From Lingula anatina (lineage: Eukaryota; Animalia; Brachiopoda): a DNA stretch of 64,000 bases. Of the stretch, positions 1 through 11,706 are shown in pieces. A program made the translations under genes and the position numbers. Below the pieces are notes generated by a model. The model was given only the letters and a program-made list of their open reading frames with translations. It was not told where the DNA came from and searched no databases. Position 1 is the first letter of the stretch, and every line of letters begins with the position of its first letter. The stretch spans positions 4,836,001 to 4,900,000 of the forward strand of contig CM120642.1 of NCBI GenBank assembly GCA_051362555.1, read 5' to 3'.

Positions 1-321
1 GCGCATCCTACTGCTAATTTTGTGTTGATTTGGCGATATTTGGTGGCGTCTTTTCAATTTTATGGACAATTCATTATCTCTGTTGAAATCACTGCGAAAC
101 AGTGGATTTGAGGGGGTGCATGGTTTAAATGCGAATAAATGGTATAAAAAATGGATATTTTCACCACTATTTGTATTTTTAACCATTATTTATCATGCTA
201 GATGTGGTATAAAAAACTGGAATAAAAAGCGCTGCTAATAACAATTTACACCTGTGAGGTGACCATTTGTAAATAAAAGCACAAAGGATTGGGGGTGGGA
301 CAACCTTTTTGACCAATGTTG
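1..321. mobile_element. Right end of a Tc1/mariner-derived element (same family as 5712-7377), cut by the window edge
   Basis: Matches ~7060-7377 and ends in the same TIR ...TTTTTGACCAATGTTG followed by TA; abuts a GNAT exon-3 remnant. Confidence 0.8.
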
Positions 322-323
322 TA

Positions 324-655
324 TGGGATAGAAACCTCGGCATTTTTTCTGGGGCAGATAAAGAGTGGGGCCCCAAAAACATTGAGTTTTACAGTGGAGT
401 AATGGAAAACGTGTCATGTAACCAGCATCATCGCATAGGAAACGATCAAATTGGCAGAGGATTGAATGGTGCATGTATCTGCGTTTTTCTCGTGATGTGC
501 AATTCGATCGCCTGCTTCAATATGACACCAAAATACACAGGGAAAGGATTTTTAAAGTTTGGATGGAGGGAAAATCGACCATGGTTGCCATGGGCAGGGC
601 AAGAGAAATGGTCACCATTCTTGGTCCAGTTTACGATGAAATACCCCCTTTTATG
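324..655 (+). pseudogene. GNAT exon-3 remnant (frameshifted, truncated)
   Basis: DRNLGIFSGA and SRDVQFDRLLQYDTKIH...GKST...LGPVY lie in different frames; homologous to intact exon 3 copies. Confidence 0.85.
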
Positions 656-692
656 ACTACCTTTTTTTTTTTCATCTTAAGCGGCTTTTTGC

Positions 693-1020
693 CGATCCAC
701 ATTCCTCCAAACGCTTCATTTTCACTCGGGTTAAACCCCATTATCACACCTGAAAACCCACTGCATTCTGCAATTAAAATAATAAATATTTTATATTACA
801 CACTATAAAAGGAAATGCAAGAAAAAAGACTCTTTTCTCCAAAAACGGCATTGGACGTAGTTTAAGCAACATGATCGCGGAAAGCATTGTAAGTTTAGTT
901 TACCTACAAATTTCCCCTGCAACTCGGCAATAAACGATATTTCTGGGTTGGATTCAAAAAGAGTCCTTACAACCTCTTGGGTGAGATTCCACGACTCTTT
1001 CTCTGATAAACGAGTCTTCA
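693..1020 (-). pseudogene. GNAT exon-1/exon-2 remnant
   Basis: EKESWNLTQEVVRTLFESNPEISFIAELQGKFVG plus GT donor near 903; exon-2 piece at ~693-749; start region and exon 3 missing. Confidence 0.85.
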
Positions 1021-2707
1021 GGGTTCGTATGTTTCTCCCTAGTGTCTTGTAGGCCTTATGGTACGTAACGCACCACATTACTGCAGTGTGTATGTATTGC
1101 GGTTTTTGTTTTCCCTCAGACAGAATATTAAGACTGACAGAATTGCAAAATTGGTCATACCATAAAAAGTCTCTGACTGGCTAACGTCAATGGAGCTCAT
1201 ATTTGTGTAATACATTATCGCTTAAAGATGTTGCCACACCTTCAAAAATGCCTAATTTATGTTTTAAAATGCGACTCTCTATAGTTCTGAGATAGATTAA
1301 TTAATTAATTAAAAGTCCCATCTCTAGACATAAAATCAACACAGGCAAATCAAATCTGTGATGATTTATTTAATGTTTATTAACATGTCACCCCAAATTG
1401 GGTTGTTCTGAATACAGGCCCTACTTAAACAAAAATTAATATTGATACAAGTTTTTAAAATGTACACGCATTTATTTGAAAACACATCTATACTATCTAT
1501 ATCCACACTGAAGTAGTTCACGCAAGTGTCAAATACCATGCCTGCAGCTTTGCTTCAATTATTCTATTAGATTTCCTTTTTCCTCTAGATACATTTTGCA
1601 ATATGAGACCGTTCCGGGTGTTGGCAATACGCGTTTTACCTGTAAAATGGCCAGGGCTACATTACCAGTGGCAGCTCCCCTATGGAGAATTCATAGTTCA
1701 TCTGGATTCCCTAAGATTTCTGGCAATTTCTGATTTAGGGAGCCTTCATTATGGAACGCTAACATCTCGTCCCTTAAGCATACATCCGCCGCCCCTCGCA
1801 TACTCAAAGCTTTGGCAGGGAAAAGGTGTGGCTTCAACTACTCCAAACTTCTGCTCAATATTGCACGCTGTTATTGCCCAAAATGAGACATTTATTTGCA
1901 AATCCTTAACTACTATCCACCGTCACGCGCCCACCCTTTGATCAATGTTATGTTCAGATGTTCAGATGTTAGGCCTTTTTTTTAGCAATAGTGTATATAA
2001 ATATAACCCTATTACTTTGTTCTGTTTAATACTACATGTATAGCACCCTGTAATGGGGAGAGAAATCAACAGAAATTAAAAAACGATTGTGCAGTGTCAT
2101 ATACGAAAACGATTATTATTTTTTTCAACATACAAATACGGCATAACCCTTATAATTGATATTCATAATTATTTCCATGATTATCTCTTCAATTTATTAG
2201 AGGAACAGTCCACATCTGGGACACATTTTACGAAATTCAATGAACCTAACATTGTTCTAGCACGGACAGCAAAGAATCCCAGCCGACGAAGTTTTTAGAA
2301 TAAAGTAATTTTTCTATAGTCAACAGCTAAATATTGAAATTGTTTACCTCCAATATTTCGATGTCTGTCGGAGCATCTTTATCAGGGAATGAGGCTATAC
2401 AGATAAAAACATGTAGTAATATGCCCCAATGGCAGATTGATGCCGTCTTCTGTGTCTTCCGGAAGACGATCAGATTTTCAATTTTACATAATATCTGTTC
2501 CCCCCCCTCCCCGAACCCCCACCCCCCCGTTTATACCCACCTTCAACAAGTAAGATTATTTTCATGTGTATCAAACACAGTCACGAAATCTAGGATTATG
2601 GTGAATTACACATTGTTTCCTATATTCATGACTTTGCTATTGAATGATCATCAAAAGATAAAAACACATCATTTGATGTAATTTTCCTAATTTTACAGAG
2701 ATAGATT

Positions 2708-2758
2708 ACACACACACATACACACACACACACACACACACATACACACACACCCACA
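2708..2758. repeat. (CA)n microsatellite
   Basis: Seen directly. Other simple repeats: (AT)n ~3480-3521, (TAT)n ~15488-15522, (CA)n ~40541-40571 and ~47314-47343. Confidence 0.95.
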
Positions 2759-2943
2759 CTGCCTAGGCAGATTCAAAATCCGTTTAGACAACATTAAATT
2801 TTTAACCTTGCTTAAGTAGGTTTAGTTGCCACACCTTCAAAGATGTCAGAATTATGTTATAAAAAGTGACTCTTTATAGTCCTGAGATATAATAATTAAT
2901 TAAATATCTCCAGGCTGACTTGGAATCGATCTTATTTTGGTAG

Positions 2944-3200
2944 TGTAATAGGGTTACATAGTATTACGTAAAGTATTCCCGCCCTTTTGACAGTCGCATG
3001 AGCTCAATACTATTCTTTGTAAGTCACGTGTCACGTCTTTTGGCAGTCACGTGAGCGGGAAGTATAAAGTCCCCGCTCAGCAGTATTCTTTGTCATTTTA
3101 TTCGCAATGCCACGTTAGTAGGTATGTACAGGTATTCAGGAATAAAGAAGCTGATCCTTCTGAAATACAGTCGAGTTTTGTTATGTGTTGCTCGGGTACA
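2944..3200 (+). mobile_element. Solo LTR (257 bp)
   Basis: TGTA...TACA termini, 4-bp target-site duplication GTAG on both sides, TATAAA near 3063 and AATAAA at 3141. Confidence 0.75.
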
Positions 3201-3477
3201 GTAGTAACCCACTAATTGATCAGTAATAAGAATTGAACCTTGGTAGAGGTCTGCTTTCCCACTTCTCTGTACAGCTTTATATAAGACATTTCCTTGTACA
3301 TACGTAATAAAGTTATTATTGAAAAGTTGGCATATGATATATATATTTGTTTGTTTTTAATGTTTTAATGTCTCTCAATATCCCAAAATTCAAATGATTT
3401 CAAATGCCAAAAATTTAGTGTTACCAAACCTTTATCATTCGACCTATGATTGATAGTAAAATCATCACCATTGTTGT

Positions 3478-3524
<47 letters not shown>

Positions 3525-3678
3525 GTGCAATTAAACAATAAAGTAACTATGCCACGTCAATGAAGCAAATAATGATGCACAAAATAAGTTATTTTACATG
3601 ATGCAATTTTACATGATACTTAACAGCAAAACCAACACCAATTTTAATAATGCACAACAGGTAACACAGACATAGTCC

Positions 3679-4311
3679 TAGTGAAATGACATAAAATTTT
3701 ATTTTATGCCACTAAGGTTGGTAAATAGGTATATTAGTAAGCGAAATGTTCTTTTAAGATGTTCTTTAAGATGTTCTTAAAAGATGTTCTTAAACTTAGT
3801 TTCCTTAACTATTGGGGATGTAGAACATGTTTTTAGTGTCAGAAAAAGATGGAAAAGGTCAAAGTCAGTAAAAGTTTATGTTTTGGATATGATTCAAGTA
3901 TGCGTAACTCATATAGTATTTTTGATAATTTTAGTTGAAAGCAAGTCTCTTAGAGATTACCTAATATAGAAATGTTGCATGGTGCTTTGCAACATGAGAA
4001 TGGAAAATTCCTTGTAATGACGTAAAGACGACGAAAAGAACATAATTACACGCGTGATCAATACTGAGAATTAGAATATAAATCATTGTGAAATTGTATG
4101 AAAAAGGCCTAATAAGGAATTATTGCATGGTGGTTTGCAACATGAGAATGGAAAATTCCTTGTAATAACGTAAAGACGACGAAAAGAACATTATTACACG
4201 CGTGATCAATAATGAGAATTAGAATATAAATACTTGTGAAATTGTATGAAAAAGGCAGTCGGTGAATAAATGTAAGAAAGCTCCAGATCGTCGTTATTTT
4301 TCACTATAACA
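3679..4311 (+). mobile_element. Solo LTR related to the LTRs of the 47380-55365 element, with an internal ~130-bp duplication
   Basis: Shares AAATGACATA, TGAGAATGGAAAA, AGAATATAAATACTTGT and the end AATAAA...AAGCTCCAGATCGTCGTT...TCACTATAACA with the large LTR. Direct repeats at ~3973-4108 and ~4123-4256; the first few 5' bases appear lost. Confidence 0.75.
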
Positions 4312-4475
4312 ACTTGGTATGTAAATCAGAGAAATATTGGAGGTAAATACTGTTTTAATATTAAGCTGTTGACTGAAGAAAAATTGAGTTCATTCGTGTC
4401 TGTGACTTGGAATTTCAACCTCGACTATTTCCATTTCGTTGACTATACAGTAGGTACGAGGAACAAAAATCCACC

Positions 4476-7400
4476 ATGTCGACAGCCACGATAAGACTTA
4501 TGCAGCCTGAAGACGTGGCCGAAGTAAGTCGTTTGACAGAGACGGTGTCGTGGAATTTTGGCCAGGAGGTTATTGGGGCTCTCTTTGAATCCAGCCCAGA
4601 AGGATCGTTTATTGCTGAGTTGCAAGGGAAAGTTATAGGTAAACAAAACTGAAATCAATTGCGTTCCGCCGCCATGTCTTTAAAGCCACGCCTAAGTTTT
4701 CTTTCCTTTTAAATAATGTGTGAAATGTTAATTGGATCACATTAGACTATTTTCTAATATTGATGAAAATAATTTTTAAAAAATGCAGAGTGGTCTCTTA
4801 TGGTTTACAGGTGTTGTAATGGGATTTAACCTGAGTGAAGAGGAAGCCTTTGCAGGAATATGGGTCGTCAGTAAGATGCACCGCGGGCAGCGTATTGGTA
4901 AGAAAGCATCTGTAATGTAATTGTGATGGTTGAGCATGAATGCTAGATTTGGGGGAGAGGGTGAGAATACGATACAGGAGTTTCTGTGAAGAATCGCTCG
5001 TCTAAATGTATAGTGCCCTCAAACCATTCAAGTACTTTATTATAAAATGTTTTAGAGAGGTGACAGTCGTTAAGTAGTCTGCACATCTATCAGGAGTGGA
5101 AATATTTGATCCACGCTACCTCATAACGTCATTATTTGGTCTGACACGTATTTAGTTGCACATTTTGTTTGAATTTGTTTATCTCTATACACATTTCTTT
5201 CTCTTATATTTGTGTGTGGTCTTCTTTCTTCTTTTGTGAGGAATGTAATTTGTAATGCCATAAATTACTAGCCACCTTTTCTTTGTTATGAAATACGGTT
5301 TTATATCGGCCTGCAGTGAGCCATATGCTCGTAAATTCTCATATACATGTACAATACAGTTGGTTTCAATACCGACTGTAAATTATAATGGTTTTACTCT
5401 GGAACTTAGAATATATAACTCCCGTGGATTTTGATTGAATAGGTTCATAATTGTGGTAGAAAAGAAGAGTGCACTGATTTCACAGTATTTGGTTATTACA
5501 CAGACAACATAATGATTGTAAGACGCCTTCATATGTCATATTTTTAATTCCAGACTTATGAGATGTGTTTTAAATTGCCATCACTTACGGTCTACTTGTA
5601 CTGCGTGGGTTTAATGGTATATAGAATATACCTGCCATCTGATTTGAACTTTTAAAGTAAAGAAATAAAAAAATTTAAGTAAATGTGCCATGTAGCACTA
5701 ATGGAGATATACAACATTGGTCAAAAAGGTTGTCCCACCCCCATTTCCATGTACTTTTATTTACAAATGATCACTTCACAGCTGTAAATTGTTAGAAATA
5801 GTGCTTTTTATTCCAAATACCATGTCTAACATGATTAATGGTTAAAAAAAATACAAAATAGTGGTGAAAATATACACATTTTATACCATTTAGTCAAATT
5901 TATAACAGGTACCCCCTCAACTCCAGTGTTTCACTGTGATTTCTACAGATGTAAAGAAATGTCTATTAAATTAAAAAGACGCCTTCAAATGTCACCAAAT
6001 TTACACACAATTAGCATTGGGATGTGCTCGTTAAAGGTCACGTGGCTAATAGCGAGTGCGTCTACCGCGTACTGCAATTATCTCCTGTAGATGGCGCGAC
6101 AAGCCTTCAACAAGTGTAAAAATTCTGTTTCGTGGGATATTATTCCATTCTTCCTAAACAGCTTGGGGGAGTTGGTCCACGATTTTATGGGGTTGGTTGT
6201 CCTCTGCATTTCACACTCCAATTCATGTCACAGGTGATTAGTAAGGTTAATATCAGGGCTCAAAGATGGTGGTTCCATCCTAAGAACATTGTGTTTCTAC
6301 AACAAATCACTTGCCAGGTGAGAAGTGTGAGCAAGTGTGCTGTTATGATGAAGCCTGGAGTTAACCCAATGCCAGTTCTTGAAGATGGAGAGAGACATCA
6401 GCTGAGAATGCTACGTTCAGTGATCCCATAGGGACCTAAACCTGGCCATCCATCACTGGAAGGAAGTCGGTTTTGCTGCAGAATTAACTTATTTCTTGTA
6501 TCTCATCGATGGTCAAAGGAGGGTCCATAGACATGTTGAAAATGCCTCTTGGAAGGGTGTGCACAGGATAATATCGCCTGAAGTGTTAGATCACTCGGCA
6601 TTTAGGGAACATTCCAAGCCCGTGGTATTAGTACATTATTCCTTCTGGAACAAAACGTAACTGGGGCATTTTACGGTGACACTCTCGACATATAGCTCAC
6701 TCCATTTGCAAAAGGTGACTTCAGGGATGCTACCGGCTTCATTGTGACAACGCACTTGCTCACAGCTCTTGTCTGGCAAGTGATTTGTTGCAGAAACACA
6801 GGACTCTAAGGATGGGACAACCGTCTTTGAGCCCTGATACTAATCCTATTGAGCACCTGTGGCATTAATTTGAATGTGCATTGCAGAGGAGAACCAATTC
6901 CGAAATAATCTGGACCAATTCCACCACGCTCTTTAGGATGGATGGGTCAATATCCTACAAAACAGAATTATTACCCTTGTTGAAGGCTTGTCGCGCCATC
7001 TGCAGGAGATAATTGCAGTACGCAGTAGACGCACACGCTATTAGGCACGTGACTTTTAACGAGCACATCCTAACGCTAATTGTGTGTAAAATTGGTGACA
7101 TTGATGGCGTCTTTTCAATTTAATAGACACTTCTTCACATCTGTGGAAATCACAGTGAAACATTGGATTTGAGGGGGTACCTGTTATAAATTTGACTAAA
7201 TGGTATAAAATGTGCATAATCACACCACTATTTTGTATTTTTTGAACCATTAATCATGGTAGACATGGTATCTAGAAAAACAAAGCACCGTTTATAACAA
7301 TATACACCTGTAAGGTGATCATTTGTAAATAAAAGTACATGGTAATGGGGGTGGGACAGCCTTTTTGACCAATGTTGTATAAAAAATCACCCAACTTTTG

Positions 7401-8120
7401 AAAACTGAAACCAATCTGTAACCCTTAAAAATAAAATAGAGACAATATTTTTATTTAGCTTTCGTTAATTTTGATGGAATAGGTACAAGGTTGTGGCAGA
7501 AGATGAAAGAGTACATTGGGGATAGGAACCTTGGTATATTCTCTGTGGCAGAAAGAGTGGAGCCCAACAAAAGATTGGGTTTTACAGTGGCATCATGGAA
7601 TGTACGCCATGTATCCGGTACCATCGCAACAGAAAAGATAAAGTTGTCAGAAGATTGTATAGTATCTGCGTTTCCTTCACAAGGCGTGCAGTTTGATGCC
7701 CTGATTCAATATGACACCAAAATACACTCCATTGAACGTGAAAGGTTTCTAAGAGCTTGGATTGAGGGGAAATCGACCATAACCTTGGTTGCTCAAGGCC
7801 GGGCAGGAGAAATCGTGGGTTACGGTGTCATAAAGCGTGATTCCAACAATACTACACTTATTGGCCCACTTTATGGTGAAACTCCCACCATTATGAAAGC
7901 CTTACTGGTCAGCTTAATCGGCAAGACTACTTTTGGTGAAACTGTGGACATGTGGGCACCTGCTGAGAGTGAGGTTATGCAAGAATTACTGACTGAGAAT
8001 AAAAGCACACTTTCAGAAGTTCATGCAGAAGTGACCCGGATGTTTTACCGTCATGACGTGAAGGCTCCACAGGAAAAGATATTTGCAATTGCGTCAGCAG
8101 CAGTGGCTCATCATTGTTGA
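4476..8120 (+). CDS. GNAT family acetyltransferase, YitH/holothin-acyltransferase-like two-domain type, copy A (295 aa, intact)
   Basis: Exons 4476-4638, 4811-4897 and 7483-8120; GT-AG introns, both phase 1; CCACCATG start. Acetyl-CoA motif HRGQRIG spans the exon 2/3 junction, followed by KRLGF and a C-terminal domain YD...R...GYG.I....IGPLY. Confidence 0.9.
5712..7377. mobile_element. Fold-back (palindromic) Tc1/mariner derivative in intron 2 of GNAT copy A
   Basis: TIRs CAACATTGGTCAAAAAGG, TA target-site duplication, ~650-bp inverted arms. Decayed transposase C-terminus (CDNALAH...SLSPDTNPIEHLW) at ~6740-6865 on +, mirrored at ~6220-6350 on -. Confidence 0.85.
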
Positions 8121-10295
8121 AATTCAGTGATGACAAATTGAGTCAACCCATTAGTGATGCCATGGAAAATAACTAATTAGATTTTACAGAAGGGAGGAAT
8201 GAGGTCAGATGGAAAATGAGTAAACTGTTAAGCAATTTTTCTCGAAATACAAATTAGTCAGCTGAGGTTTTTGACTTTCGTCTTCTTACGTTTTGTGGAA
8301 TGGGTCGGGGGAGGGGTGGATTATTTATCATTGAATAAAAGGAAACATCATGGCAAACTCACGAAGAAGAAGAAGAAGAATTTAGTTTATTTGTAAAAGG
8401 TTTTAAAAAGAATTTTTGTTCAAGTAGTGCAAGAAGTACACAAACATTGAATAAATTGGCAAAATGTGAAAATGTTCATAATTTTGCAAGTATAAAGATG
8501 AAACGTGTAAATTTAGACCCCAGTACTATGAAGAGTAACTTTTTAAAACATACTGACTTTTAACTTTCTAACTCAACGTTAACTTTAAATTTCGTCCGTT
8601 AATGTGGTTAGACTCTGAGATATGAAACCTCAATTTTTGTGATAATTTATGAAGAAAATATGTTGTGTGAGCTTTTAATAAATATATTTATGTCAGTATA
8701 CATGTTCTAGTATTATATTAAGGTATCATTTGGCATCCAAAGCCTGAAAAATTAGAGGATCGTTGCATAAGTAAATTATTCCCGGTGTTAAGCACACTCA
8801 TTGGCATGGCAATAAAGATGTCTTTGAAAAGTATATTGAACAGTGGTTGGATTAGAGCTGTCTTGCACATGACCAGTGACTGCTGCCACCTATTGCCAAG
8901 AAGTCTTTGGGCCCCTTTAGGAATTGAAATAAGCAACACTTTTACATTGTTTGAAATTAAGTAATTTATTGTGAGATGTTGGTACAAACATGTTAGGTTT
9001 TAGGTTAATTAAAGCAACAGTACTTCCCAATAAGTCCTTCATGTATACTCAAACAAATTTGATATTTTATTTTGAAATTGTTGTAATTTCTAGTCAGCAT
9101 CAATTCATTTAGACATTTTCAATATCTTTTATCCCATTAATTCAATATTAATTCAATATTTTAAGTTGTTGCTTTAATTTTTCATTTTGGTGCATATGAT
9201 TGTACCAAAAAAATTTAATATAATATTATATTGGACAAATTATGCATATGATTATAAATGTTATGTTATTTATATTTATGTTATTTCTCTTTGTGCAATA
9301 AGAGCGCAGGATTTGAAAATAAAACTGCAAGACTAGCAATTTAATTTTCCTTGCTTAGATTTTCTTAAGTAGGTTCTTTAAGGGAATTATCTTTCATGCA
9401 TTCTGTGTATTCTGTGTTTCAGAACTGACACTTGAAAGGCTTAAGCTTCTCCATCTTCAAATCTTATTACGTGATTTAATTTTTACAACAAAAATATAGT
9501 AAAAAAATCTTATAATAAATAAGATGGAAAATTCTTTAAAAATGTTGATGTTCTCACTAACGTTCCTAGAATATATTCTGAAATGCATTGTCACTAGATA
9601 GAATGATGGATTATGGGAGCTCACGCATATATATATATATAATAAAAAGAAAAATATATAATAAAAAGATATATATATATTTTTTGAAGATGTAAGGAGG
9701 TTGTGATTTTGCCTTTGTTGGTATATATATTTGTTTGTTTAAGTTTTAATGTCTCTCAATATCCCAAAATTCAAATGTTTTCAAATGCCAAGAAATGATT
9801 GTTGCCCAACCTCAATCATTTGGCCTATGCTCGATAGTTAAATCTCTCGTCAGCATTGTTGTGGTAGTTTTTTTATTGGAAGTTTAGTGAAATGTCTTTG
9901 TTCAACGGTCAAATAGGTCTACCTTCTAAACGTTTATAAATACGTTTCTTTTGCTGTGGCGTTTTTTTTTTTCATTCCTGGGACTCGTTTCATAAAACAA
10001 AGTCAAAAATAAGTCTCTGCAAAGAATCTTAGCTTGGTTGAATTTGACAACAGTTGTTACTTTGACTAAATTACCTACATAAGTAAGTAAGTAACAATGT
10101 ATAACCCTACTATACGATTTTACTTGCCATTCAATAAGAGCAATAATCTATGGTTAAGAACATCTGAAAACAATTTTGCTCATTAATATACCCCATTTAC
10201 CAACCTGAGTCGCATTCCCTGACTATACAATTTATTTGCCATTTTACAAAGACGTCAGAAAAACCTCACTGAATCAAATGTTTTGTAACTGAATG

Positions 10296-11706
10296 TCAAA
10301 AATGACTGCCATTTGGTGACGCAATCGCCAAAATCTTTTCCAGCGGAGCCTTCAGGTCATGGTGGAAAAACATCCGAGTACATTCGTCATCAACTTTAAG
10401 TGTGCATTTGTTCTGAATCAGTAATTCTTGCAAAATCTCATTCTCAACGGGCACATGCGTGTTAATAATTTCACCAAAAGTAGTCTTGCCGATTCAGCTG
10501 ACAAGTAAGGTTTTCATAATGGAGGGAGTTCCACACTAAACTGGACCAAGATTGGTATAGTTGGAATCGCGCTTAATGGCGCCGTAACCGATGATTTCTC
10601 CTGTCCTGCCAATAACAACCAAAGTAATGGTCGATTTATCTTCAATCCAAGCTCTTAGAAATCTTTCACGCTCAATTGTGTGTATTTTGATGTCATATTG
10701 AAGCAGGCGGTCGAATTGCACATCACGTGAAGGAAACATAGATAACATACAATTTTCTGCCAACTTTAGCTTTTCTGTTGCGACGATGCCGGATACATTT
10801 CCATGATTCCACTGTAAATCCTAATCTTTTGTTAGGCCGAACTCTTTCTGCCACAGAGAATATGCAGAGGTTTCTTTCTCCAATGTTTTTTTTTTCTTTT
10901 GTGCCACAATCTTGTACCTATTCAATCAAAATGAACATAATGTAAGTAAACGAGGGATGATTGGTATTATATTTATTACATTCTCCACGAAAGAATGATT
11001 GACTTACATAAACTCTAGAGAAACACAAAATATCTTCGGTTACAAACGCATTCAAGCCTAGGTGAGCTATATGTGCACGTCATGTAAGAATAATCCTTTT
11101 GTAACAGCGTGCAGCTAATTACATCTCTGCTCCTCATATATTACGTGTAGATTCTAACTCTGCATAGACAGTTTGAACGACTGTCACCTTTCCCTCATCA
11201 CATCTTTATAAAAATATCTAAAAGTGGGGTGAAGTAATTTCTTGAAATTCTTCTTAGACCGTTTAGGCCGGTGACTTGACACGGAAAATTCCTTACCAAT
11301 ACGCTGCCCACGCCACGACTCACTAACGATCCACATTCCTCCAAAAGCTTCATTTTCACTCAGGTAAAACCCCATTATAACACCTAAAAAACCCACAATA
11401 GAGCATTCCCAATTAATAAAAAAAATTTTCACACTTAAGTAAAATGCACAAAAAAAAAACTTTTCTCCAAAATCGGCCTTGAACGTAGTTATACATGTAG
11501 TTAACATGAGCGCGGAGAGCAATGCAAGTTTACTTTACCTATAACTTTCCCCTGTAGCTGAGCAATAAACGATCATTCTGGGCTGGATTCAAAGAGAGTC
11601 CTAACAATCTCCTGGCGGTAATTCCACGTCACCATCTCTGTCAAAAAAGATAATTTACTTCATCCAGGTCTTCAGGTCGCATATGTCTTATCGTAGCTGT
11701 CACCAT
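10296..11706 (-). pseudogene. GNAT copy B, pseudogene
   Basis: Exon 1 at 11539-11706 is 168 nt (frameshifted relative to 163 nt), exon 2 at 11297-11383, exon 3 at ~10296-10917 with indels and stops. Confidence 0.88.

Noticed and set aside
1080-2700. Short ORFs here and in the similar stretches at ~11750-12620 and ~20950-21400
   Set aside because: These are duplicated non-coding upstream flanks of GNAT copies, and the frames are not conserved between duplicates.
7491-8120. The ~210-aa ORFs as stand-alone, bacterial-like single-exon genes
   Set aside because: They are third exons: each begins at a conserved AG acceptor and completes the RGxxIG motif with exon 2.
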